From positions 8,604,221 to 8,668,220 of the forward strand of contig OZ199839.1 in NCBI GenBank assembly GCA_964304625.1: a stretch of DNA of 64,000 bases, given 5' to 3'. Each line of letters opens with the position of its first letter. Positions within the stretch are counted from its first letter, which is position 1. A model generated the notes under the pieces. It saw only the letters and a program-made list of their open reading frames with translations, was not told where the DNA came from and ran no database searches. This document shows positions 52,741-64,000 of the stretch, one piece after another. A program made the translations under genes and the position numbers. Origin of the DNA: Kudoa neothunni (Eukaryota > Animalia > Cnidaria).

Positions 52741-54065
52741 TATATAGGATGCCCAACATTTTAAATATATCCAATAATTAAATTCCCCGTGATTTTAACG
52801 ATTGTTATTAATAATGATTATTTAATCCTTCATTAATTTTTGAAATTTTATCACAAGTACTATTTTTGGTACGTTAGATGGCAATGCAGTTTCAGTTTTT
52901 GTATCTCAATTCCACGGCACGGCAAATGATCATTGTATTGCATTATTATTTTATATTTAACGCCAATATCGCTGTTAGTGACTTAATTTGTACAGCTATT
53001 GAGAAAAATAACACCAATAAATAAGGAATATTCAATTTAAAAATTGCATACACATAAACCTAGCTACTGGGATGATTGTTACTTCGGCTATTTTATCTCC
53101 AACAAATTCTGATTGTCTTTAACTTATTTTAATATTCTTATATTAAAATAAAACAAAATCTCATTAATTATTTATAAAAAATAGCAGTGACTTTTAGAAA
53201 AATAATGTAAAACTGTTTCCATACAATACATTTAATCAACTTAATATGCTTAAAATAAGGATTACATTGATTTATTACTATTCAATAATTTATTTTCACG
53301 CACAATTAACAATTATTTCAAAAATAAATATCTTTTAAGATTCATGAACTAGGGGTAGGCTAAAAACAAAAAACTTGAAATTTTACTAATACTTATGCAA
53401 CAATTATCTAATAAAACATTATCAATAAAATTCACGTAGCTAACTATAGATTGATCACTGATCTGATCCGACGTGTTTTTATTTTATTAATGATCAAAAC
53501 ACCTGAATTATTGTCTCTTCTATTCCAAAAACTCTACCTCTACCAAAGAAAAAGTAAAATAAAATTTCTACTTAGTAACGCCATCTTATTTGAAACTTAA
53601 CGATTTTCTTAATATAAATAAATCAATCATATTTAGAAAATTAATTTTAGATTAATCCCTTTTCTAAATAATAAAATCACAGTTGTAAACATTATTATTA
53701 AAAAAAATCTGAAAGTTTAAAAAGCAAACTTATTTAGTAAAAGAGTGGGTTATTTCTTTCTATGTGATGGGAATAATAATTTACAGGCGCACGTGATACT
53801 AATCAAGAATTTTGCGCAGGCGTACCTAACTCAATAACACTCGACAACAACGAATTTCACATCATTATCACACATTTTGCATGAGTAGAATTCTTGAAAA
53901 ATTAAGATTTACGATATTACCAATGTACACCTAATGCGCAGTATGCTGCAACCTAATAATTTAGTAGATTAGTGTGGGAGGTGTAACGAGGTTGTTTGTG
54001 TCGGTGCTGCAAAATTAATAATAATTAATCCACATTCTGATTTTTCTATTTATATTCTATTCTTA

Positions 54066-55275
54066 ATGACAATAGCAAAACTACACGATTCTAAGTCGAC
54101 CCCAGTTACCATCGACCATGACTCTAAGCGGAAACCCATAACTATTAAATCGATTTTGTTGGAAGGGGCGTCGGGAGGACTGTCTGGATTGTGTGCATAC
54201 TCTATGACACTCCCGTTGGATGTAATACAAACCCGCCTTCAATCAACAGTGGACAAAGAACGTATTAAACAAACGAGATCGGTTACATTGCCGCTCAAAA
54301 TGGGACCATTTAACCAACATTCTCAACTGCATTTTAACATTAAAAATAAATATTTTATAGTTGGTAGAGATATATTGTTGAAAGACGGTTGGAGAGGATT
54401 TTTCAAAGTACTCACTCTGGGGAAACGTGGTTACACCCTTCAATTGTATTCACGTTGTTTTTTAAGGGTTATGTGCCACTTCTTGTTGGCATCATACCTT
54501 CGAGATCGATTTACTTTGGAACCAATACTCATGTTAGAGTGCTTTTTGAAGATATCTATGGAGTGGATAGATATGAATCGACTAAAATTGCGTTTTCAGC
54601 CGTTATGGGTTCGGTAACTGCTTCCATAGTCACCTGCCCCATTTGGGTTACCAAAACCCATCTACAACTCAAACGGTATTCCAAAAAGATTCTATTGTTT
54701 TATCTTCCAACATTCAAATCTATTCAACTAGTGAACTATTGAAACATCACATCACCATGAGAGACGTGCTCAAAGATATCTATCACAAACAAGGAATAAG
54801 TGGATTTTATAGAGGCCTCACTTGTTCGTTTTATGGCTCTATCGAAACTATGTTCTATTGGCTTATGTATGAGCAGTTTAAAAAGAAAATTCAAGATTTC
54901 AATGGGAATCACAGTATCACTCACATTCTACATTTCCTATAGCGTTTATTGTTTTCTAATGTGTATATGTGGTTCATAGAACGCGAACTCTCTGCTTGGG
55001 ATAGCACAAAAGCATCTCTCCTAGCAAAAACATTCAGTATCCTTATTGGCTACCCTCATGAAGTTGCACGTACACGTATGAGGCATGGTATCGTGGATGC
55101 TAATGGTAATCGTGTTTATCGTGAATTTTGGTCCACACTCTACAAAATAGCCAACCAAGAAGGGTTCACTTATTTGTATTCTGGTTTGGCTTTTCAACTA
55201 CTTAGGCAAGTTCCTAATGCTACCATTGCTATGGTTATGTTTGAACAGATTAGAAATACACTTCACAAAATTTGA
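54066..55275 (+). CDS. SLC25A36: Mitochondrial carrier, pyrimidine nucleotide transporter type (SLC25A33/SLC25A36/Rim2 family), 4 exons
   Basis: Three carrier signatures PLDVIQTRLQS, PIWVTKTHLQL and YPHEVARTRMR, plus subfamily motifs IPSRSIYF and LLRQVPN; cannot separate A33 from A36. Confidence 0.85.
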
Positions 55276-55875
55276 AATATTTTGGTTGTTTGTAGAGCAT
55301 AATGATGCGTTTGTAATGGATAGAATTTTTTTCTTTGGAGTTTAATTTTTTGCATCATTTTCTTCGTAAAAATAATAACTGCCAACAAGTATTGTATTCC
55401 TAATTTGAATATCCAATAGTTTATCTTAGTCTCACTTAAATGAAACAGAAAGTTGAATGTAATGTGGATAGATTTGCAGAGATCGGTTGTGAAATTAATT
55501 TCAGATTTATTGCTTCAAATCTTAGATATGCACAGTAGCTAATGGATAAAACGCAACTTTATTAACATACTTTAACAATATTACAGATTTCATAATGTTT
55601 TGATGATAATAAAGAAATGAAATTTTCCATGAAATTTTTGAATCAATCCAAGGAATTGTTAATTTTTTTTTATCACGTGGTTAAAGAAATTCGCAATTAT
55701 TTCTTATAGACTATGTATATTTTATTTTTAATCTATAAAATTGTGATAAATAATAAGTTTTCTATTTTAATTCAAAAATTAAAATAGAAATAATGAAGTA
55801 TTGTTACTGCCTCTATAAGAAAGCAATAAAAAGTCGTCAAAAGATACTCTGCGATATATTCTGTATCCAAGTTAA

Positions 55876-58610
55876 CCCATTCAGGTTCCAATTTTGTATT
55901 TTTGTAAGATTACAATGTTAAGTAAAACTAACAATATTATTATTGATTTTAAAAAAACTATTTTAAAATTTCATCTCCTTACAAAGATACGTAGGTTTTT
56001 GCAATGTTGCGAAAACGCAACGAAAAACTTGTGATATATAAATTTGCGTGTCGCGTGACAAATGAAATTAACAAAAACATTGAATTTTAAACAACAATTT
56101 AGTAATACCTATGTGACATATTATCGCAAAATTTATATTTTTTTGTTTTCTATATTTTTTAATGATATGGGTTGTAGTACGTTTGAGTGTCACTCGGTCT
56201 TCTTAGCCCAGATTAGCGATAAAAAATTATTTTTAGTTCATATTTCAACAATATATCCTTACTAGTAACAAAACCCCTAACTAATCCCTTATTTTTCCAT
56301 GTGAGATTAAATTTTACACCTTTAACCCATTTAACTTACAATTTTGTAGTTTTTACATATCTGGTATTAGACTTAATAACGATTATAATAATCATCGAAA
56401 AAAATTAAATTATAAAAGAGTATATTCGAGAAGTATTTAGATTCCAAAAATGCAATGAAAAACTTTCCTTGTATGGGAATAAGATTACAACGCACATAAA
56501 TAATATTTGTCAAATACATGAGGAAAAAAAGTTATCTACAAGAAAATTATAATTTTAATCATTTACTTGTGGAACAGCCCCGAGCACTTTATATGAATAT
56601 GATTTCCACAACTTTTACAAATATGGACGGTAGTGTTTTTACATACCACACACCTACGTCTTATTTTGTGAGGATGAGACACCAATGTTGGTTTATTACA
56701 TAGATTTGCGTTCTGCAATTTACCCAACAGAGACTTCGGCCAATGCTGGTTTTTGTGGATGTTACCAAGTCAGTCACTATATTCCTGACATGTTTCAACA
56801 AGTCAATTTGTGTGTTATTTACAATATTATAAATCCTCCATGAATTTACTACTGCCATTGATATCATATTCGTAATAATGGACCAATACCATTTTTTTCC
56901 TTTTATGTTAATTATATAACAAGAAATTAAATTATCTGCAATATCTACTCCATCCATTAACTTATTATATGCACATATCATAAATGGCTGACAAATAGTA
57001 ATTTCTTTTTTCTTTGACCTACACTATCTTGTGATGCTTTGAAGAGAGTGAGCGGTGTAGCAATTACTCAATGCGATAACAGGTTTTGTATCATTCCATT
57101 GAATGCGATGAATATCTTGTTGATCATCAGAAAACATCTCAAATTCTCCCCTTGGATTTTTTGCCATTACTTTTTGGGGAATAACATGGCAATTTGATAT
57201 TCTGTTCGATCTTAAGGTTCCAATAGTCTTGATATTTCTTCTTTTGAGATCTTTTTCATTTTTTACTTCATTCGCAAAAGAGATTACGACATTACCACCC
57301 AAACCATATTTTTTATCATAATTTGCTGACTTTCCACTATACACGTCAAAACTATACATATAACCGGAGGATGACGACATAACCCACTGCAAATGCTTGA
57401 AGTCGAATCTAATTGGTTTATTTTTCATAAATATTTTAGCGGAATGCCTACCATTATAAGGTACCATCTGCTCATCCACAGATATATATTTTTCAAATAT
57501 TCCAAATTTTTTGAAATTTTTGTTAAATTCTTGAATTAAGGGGCGTACCTTGAAAAATCTATCGGTGGTGTCAATATTTGAATTATTATTAAAATGGATG
57601 AATTTTTTTATAGATTTGAAGCGTTTGTAGGTCATTGAACTTTTAACGAGTTCAACACCAGCGTCTGGAGGAGATTCCTAATACATAGACTGGTGTGCTA
57701 ATCTATGATAACCAGACAAAATCAGAATTCCGATAAATGATTTCATTTCACTAATCGTAACATGAAAGTCATGGTTGTTATTCTGGCTCGCATATAAATT
57801 AGATTGTTTCACGATGCGTGTAAATAAATTTTCATCAAATAACTCCAAAAAAGTTCCATAAGAATTTAAGTTCCTTCCAAGTATTGATGAAAAATTATCC
57901 ATATTTCGATTGATTAATATAGTCTCATTCTGACATAAAAATTTCGATTTTTCTTGAGTAGAATCGACATTAGTTTTATCAGTCCATATCAAGGTATCAT
58001 CATTTACGAAGGATTCAAGAGCCTCAGAAATTAAATTGATGTCACATATGCCATTAAAATTGGATTCAAAATTATCCTCAGTATCTGTAAGAGCGTCGAC
58101 TTTTTCAGGGGGTAATAACACAAAATCAATCGACTCTAGATTTTCGTTATCTTCATACTCTTTGATTGCATCAAAAGGATTCATGTACGATTTTGGATCC
58201 ATTATACAGTGATACTTAAAGCAGCGCGCACAATTACCCCCCCCCCCGTTCGGAGTTTTCGTTGCGTTTTCGCAACACATGTTTTTTACAAATACATATT
58301 TATTCATTAATCCTTTGATGCATTCATTATCATATATAGATATTAAATGACAAATGGCAGTTGATATGTTTTTTACTAAGATTTTCATGATCTGTGTTAG
58401 GCGAAACTCTAGTTGGAATTTCAAAAATAGCACATAAAATCATATTTTGTTCAACCTTAAAATATGAATTAACTCCAATAATATTTGTTTCCATAGATTA
58501 ATATGTTTGGGTATTTAAAATAACAGAATACATTTAAAATAATAATTTTATATGTTGTTATATAATCAAATATATTTTGTTGCGAAAACGCAACGAAAAC
58601 CCTGAATGGG
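55876..58610 (-). mobile_element. piggyBac transposon with both ends and a nearly complete but inactivated transposase (about 56560-58202)
   Basis: TTAA|CCCATTCAGG ... CCTGAATGGG|TTAA. Transposase motifs SVDEQMVPYNGRH, IGTLRSNR, QWNDTKPV, MDGVDIADN and KGKKWYW, with a C-terminal CxxC..CxxC..H..C. Stops at 57678 and 57024; the DNFF segment appears deleted. Confidence 0.93.
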
Positions 58611-59205
58611 TTAAACCCAAAGAACCTATAAGAGTAAAATTATTAAATTTTGAGAGTGTTTTTGTAATGATACTGGAATAATAATCGGAAAGGAGTAAAT
58701 TTATTAGTCAATCAGGCAGGGCTTATTTTGTATTTTGTATTTGTATTGTGGGTTGATTAAATGAAGTAAAAAATTTATGCTAATTTCAGTTGGTTATAAT
58801 TTATAACTTATAAATTATATCTAGAGGATTAGTTGTATTGGTATTTATCCAAATAATATTAAGGATGGCCTCATTCTTGTTAAAATGAATCCGATATGAA
58901 GTGGATGTATTTTCATTCATAATCTCTTGAAGTTAGCACAGATAGCTGCTATAGCTGTTCATGATTTCACTCATATTTTAACCTTCTAAATAAACTAAAT
59001 AAAATAAGGTGGATTTCTACCACACTATAATATTTTGCCAACAATATTATAGTGTATAAATGGTACACAGCTCCTATCCACTTTTTGTAATCTTTCATCT
59101 TTATAAAAACTTTCAGAAAAATGAGTTGAAATTTATTTTTGTCATATATCAAAAAAGTTAATGTAAAATCACATTCCATAATGTATTCGATAAATAAATA
59201 TAGTC

Positions 59206-59750
59206 GAGGAGAGATAGCACATCGGTGTGACACTCGGACTCAGAACCTTGAGGTAAAGGTTCTGGGTTCGAATCTCGAATCTCGAATCTCGAATCCGTTA
59301 GGGGGTCAGACTATTGCTTCCATGTCGGTTGGTCTCTATCCCATATTTGGTTTGGGAACTATGGTTAAAGTGTACTAGGCCTAGACTAGCTTGTGGAGTG
59401 GTGTGGTGTGGTGTGCACTAGCAGCAAAATTCGCGTGAATGGGAGTTTGAATTCCGGAACCTATCGAAAGGCAAGTAATTTGCAGCCCTCACAGAGCCAT
59501 CGTCCTTAAAAGGATAAAAGGATAGGGTTTGGGGGTGTTGGTCGCCCTGAGACGAGGATCTTTAGTGGGTTAAATAAAGTCACACACTACCGCATAAAGA
59601 TTAAAGATAAGGGATGGGGTTTCATGTTCATGTTCATGTTACGTCCTGTGGTGCCTACAGTGATAATAGAAGAGATCTGACCAACCAGAATTCCACAACC
59701 TAATAAGTTGCGCCAGGGGTTTTAGCTTGTAAACAAAAAAAAAAAGAAAA
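59206..59750 (+). mobile_element. tRNA-derived SINE with poly(A) tail
   Basis: GC-richer island with A-box-like TAGCACATCGG (59215-59225), B-box GGTTCGAATC (59265-59274), a tRNA-like head, a unique body and an A-rich tail at 59731-59751. A second partial copy is at 41366-41500. Confidence 0.75.
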
Positions 59751-61269
59751 ATATTTAAATGAATATTATACCTTTAAAATCTGTTGTTATTATTATTAAT
59801 TAACTATCCAAAAAATCACATTGTTAGCGATATTTTATAATATCCATACTTTGAGTAATTTATTAGACCTTGATTGTGGGATTGTTCCACAATCTCAAAA
59901 AAAGCACTAGGTGTTACAAAAACGAGCCTAGGTTGAATTATCACCATAAAACTCCTTTTTGAAAATAAAATTTAAAAATTATTCATGTTAGAATCTGTGG
60001 ATAACAATAGTCAACAGTAAGGTTTTTAGATACTTGTTAGATAAAAATCAGCAATTCCGTATAATAAGTTAAGGTTAAATAACATATTTCTAGACAATAT
60101 CAGTTGTCGACTGAAAAATAATGTAGTAAATACATCTATAGAAATAATTAAATGAGAAATCTATTATAAAATAAATAAAAGAAAATATATTTTCTATATT
60201 AACATAGAAATAATTATTCGTTAAATTTGTGTTTAATGTCAAAGAATAAATATTTTAACAAAAATTAGGTATTATTTTTTGATTGAAATTTCTTAAAAAT
60301 GCATTTCGGTTATCCTAAATTAAAATTTAGTTTTAATGTTCAAGTTGAATAACAAACAAAACGACGTGGCAATTGGCACGGTGAATAACATTCAAGTGTC
60401 ACTAATCATGACTATATTTAGTTTTTTGTCCTTTTTGGTGGTCTTAAGCGTCAGAAATAAATAAATATAGAAAATTCCGAAAAATTAACTCTGTGTATAA
60501 CTTGTAAGTAAGAGTAAGAGTAAGAGTAGTTTGGGTTAGAAAGTACCATCGCGCAAGCGTGTATGCCGCTTAGGATTAAAATTTATCGTGCCAATAGCCT
60601 CTACCTCCAAAAAATTACATATCAACTTAATTTAAGTTATAATTCTGATTGTTTTTATATTCGTAAAAAAAGCATTACAAATATTTCTATTTGAGCGTGT
60701 GCTACAAACAATTCTTTTAAAAACATTTGATTAATGTGTAATCCGCCTTGTTTCGTGATTTCAAAATTTATTGGGAACTAAAATTAGATATTAATATTGT
60801 ATTTCAAAGAGGAACCAATTTTAAATATTTTCAATCATTTATCTTAATTCTCAACTAAAATTATATTATAATCCATCATATTAATTTTCTGTTATACTTC
60901 AAAATGAACTGATATCCAATTGAAATATTTTTGTAGATTAAATTCTATTTTTAATCATTCATTTAGTTATTTTTCGGTCAAAAAATCTCTATGTAATATT
61001 CATTTATGAATATTTAATCCGTGGATTAAAATCAACTTTTTACATTGTAACTAACACTTCATCATGTATCTACAAACTTCTCGAAAAATTTATCTAGGAT
61101 CAAAAAATTAATTTCTAAGCTTTCCTAATTGTAATAGTCTTTATCATGGGGAATAAACTATAAAATAGCATTTTAACAACTTACGAACAGACCCGAAACA
61201 TCTCCGAAGGTTAACTACACCGATAGCCGTTTGTTTGCAGTTATCTTTCAATTGTGTTCGCTATCCAAT

Positions 61270-64000
61270 ATGGACTACAGGAAACAAAAGCCTGGTCGAA
61301 TACACAACACCTCGAGTGGTGAAGCAGGTGGTTCTCATTTCGCACCCACCCAAAGCAATCTCAACCACACTTATTCCTATTATCAAAATCAACCTCAACA
61401 ATATTCGAATACATATATCGAAACCTCATCGGTTGAAAACAAAGATCTAATGAATAAAAACCATGTATTAATTAATTGTTAGCTTTATTTTAAATTTATT
61501 TTATTTTTGATAGAATACAAATGATTACAATTATTCTCAACACCAAGGTAGTTTCATCTGTTTGCTTAGATTGATCGATTTATATTGATTATTCAGCACC
61601 TTACCAAAGTTTTAATACTGGTCAACAGTTGGATTCATCTATTTCCCAGTTTCAAAATTTATCTCTTCATTCTGATAACTACAACAATCAGCATAGCGAT
61701 AAAAGTAAAAGTGATATTGTTTGTTGCATGTGAGTGTGTGTTTTTGATTGACCAACTTTAGTGTCGATTAGCCAAACCAACCCAACTGGCCCTCGTATGT
61801 CTCCTATAAATAACAGTTTCAACAATGCTGCATATTCTGCTGGCATGCCAACTCCCACTCCAACCCAAGTGAGAGATTTATCTTTGTTGTTTTTATACTT
61901 TTATCTATGGATGTTTCATTTTTAGGGGATAGCTACTCAACAACGATCACCATTGCCTAGTTATAATCCTATTTCGTCTCCATATGGTGGTACCACTACC
62001 AGTCTACCACAACCACATTCATCACCCTATTCACAACCTCATCAAAATTACAAACCAGTTGGGAATAATCAGGGTGGTTCGAATTATGGTGAAATGGCGC
62101 CACCCCAGTCTCAATGCAATAACGCAAACTATCCGCAACAGGTGCCACAACAACCTCAGTACAATAATGCAAACTATCCACAACAGGCGCAACAACCAAC
62201 TGGAGGAGCGTTATACAATAATTTCCCACAAAACTCTAACCCAAATGTTGCTTATATTCCTCAACCGAATGGCAATCAACCTGCCCCAACTAATCAATTT
62301 TACACTAATGTCACACCTTCTCAACAATATCCTTCGTCGATGATGAACATGCATAATGCGTCGAACAGCTCGCAATCTAGCTCAGCCGGATTTAATGACA
62401 ATATGCCAAATCCAGTAAATTTTTGATTGTTATTATTGAAATCAGTGGGTGAAACAAAATTTGTAGATTATTGAGCAGAGACAGCTGGATCAAAAGTATA
62501 AAGAAACAACTGTATGTTATCATCAATTTGCGGAGCTTCCACCATCTTCCCAAACTCAATTCTACTACAGAGATGAAGGTATTTTAACCTTAATGAGACC
62601 AACTGGTGTTATTTGTTTTTTGTCCCATAAATTAAGTCATTTACTCAAAAATTATACGTTAATATTCTGATATATTTTTCGTTTATTTTCATTAGAAATT
62701 ATTAATTTTTAAACGAGTTATAATTTTGTAGGTAAACTTTTTGGATGTATTATGACAGATTAAAGTAGGTTATTTTACCTAATTCATTAATGTGGATGGT
62801 TTGAGTAATGTGTAATATTGAAAATTATTTTTTATTTAAGTTGGATTGTTTCGACGTTTGCTTTGTGTCTTTTTTGTATATGTTTTCTTGACTCTAGATT
62901 AGTCAAGGTGATAGACTAAGTTAATAATGATTTTAAAATACACATATCTCGTAATTTTCTATTCTCTTATTTCCTACAGTAGAGAGTAAAGAAGAAGTGA
63001 ACTATATTTTTAAAAATTGGGAATGTGGGAATGTAATTTGAGGAATAGACATCACAATTAATGTTCTTTTTTGAAAAAGCGAACATATTAGAGGCACCTA
63101 CTCATCTATTACGAATAGATTTTTATAGTTATCTTTCGAATAATCATAAATTGTAACTTTAAGGATTTTCTAAAATTTTTATAAATTAATAGTAGATTTT
63201 TTTAATGATATAAATTTATTTTCAGCTCGATAATTATATCTTTAATTTACCATCACATTTTTAAATTTCACATTCTTATAGGAATATCCAATCCAAGATA
63301 CATTCAATCCACTTATTATGTACTACCATCCACTAATAAAATTGCAAAAAGCACCAAAATACCATTGGGTATTGTTGTTAAACCGTTCGCATCAATACCC
63401 CATCAGGACAGTCAATTGATGTCATCGCATCAGGGATATGATGGCCCTTTACGATGTGAACAATGTCGAGGTTATTTGAATGTACAATCGATCTTTATTG
63501 ATGGTGGAAAAACGTTTGTGTGCAATTTGTGTGGACACAAAACAAACGGTATAATATGTGTAATTGGTGTGGGTGTTGAATTTGCTGGTTTTAGTTGCCG
63601 ACTCTTATTTCTGTTATTTGGATAGTTCGGGAGCACGTCTCGATAGATTTTCACGTCCTGAGTTGTGTCAAGGTAGTTACGAGTTATCCACCAACAAACT
63701 CTATTGCAGAAATAACACCCTACCGAAACCACCAATATACATTTTTATGTTCAATGTTTCCCGCAACAGTATCACCAATGGAATGATCTCGGTGGTGGCT
63801 GATATTCTTTCCAGTATCATACCGAAACATCTTCCTAAAGATAACCATTACATCGATCCTGATCAAACTCAGCAGAATGGTAGTGGTGTTAGTGCTTATC
63901 CTTCTTCACCAAACAGCATGCAGTATCCTACGAATGCACCTGTGAATGGCGCCAGTACCAACCAAACTGATCCCTCTAAGTTGCTTGTGAGAGTCGCATT
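61270..64000 (+). CDS. SEC24: COPII coat subunit SEC24 (SEC24C/D type), 5' part, truncated by window end
   Basis: Q/P/N-rich N-terminal exons, then SNPRYIQSTYY.LP, IPLGIVVKPFA, Zn finger GPLRCEQCRGYLN...FIDGGKTFVCNLC, LDSSGARLD..RPELCQGSYE and PPIYIFMFNVS. Confidence 0.92.

Noticed and set aside
59206-59297. Functional tRNA gene
   Set aside because: The anticodon, T and acceptor stems pair poorly, the 3' side is disrupted by a 7-bp triplication, and it runs into a long body with a poly(A) tail, so it is a SINE head.
1367-63735. Many short tracked ORFs antisense to or overlapping real genes and transposases (e.g. 1367-1624, 17352-17729, 25167-25655, 36277-36489, 61996-62229, 63472-63735)
   Set aside because: They are shadows of coding sequence on the other strand or frame and have no independent support.
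1-64000. CRISPR arrays, prokaryotic operons, rRNA genes, canonical hammerhead cores
   Set aside because: None were seen by eye. The repeats present are microsatellites, TIRs or coding repeats, and the CTGANGA occurrences I checked lack the required stems.

Overview
This is a very AT-rich eukaryotic window in the standard genetic code, with short GT-AG introns (mostly about 30-100 nt) and highly divergent animal-type proteins. That fits a compact, fast-evolving metazoan parasite such as a myxozoan, but the organism is an inference. Four housekeeping genes lie on the + strand: MON1, an SLC46-family MFS transporter, an SLC25A33/36-type mitochondrial carrier, and the 5' part of SEC24C/D. The - strand carries lineage-specific membrane-protein genes: (i) a type I membrane protein of about 7 fibronectin-III-like modules, six with a recurring 4-cysteine motif and roughly one per phase-1 exon, plus two micro-exons; (ii) four dispersed paralogues of a Pro/Tyr/Gln-rich, C-terminally Cys-rich tail-anchored (CYSTM-like) protein, one with a premature stop; (iii) a signal-peptide/helical/TM protein whose reading frame breaks at an (AAAC)n tract. 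The intergenic DNA is dense with decayed transposons. These include several piggyBacs (two with both TTAA-flanked ends, one carrying a nested intron-containing ZSWIM3-like Mutator with a 9-bp TSD), Merlin/ISXO2, a GTF2IRD2-like hAT and a hAT MITE, pogo/Tigger remnants and MITEs, a long-TIR element and a tRNA-derived SINE. All exon models were read by hand and some boundaries are approximate.
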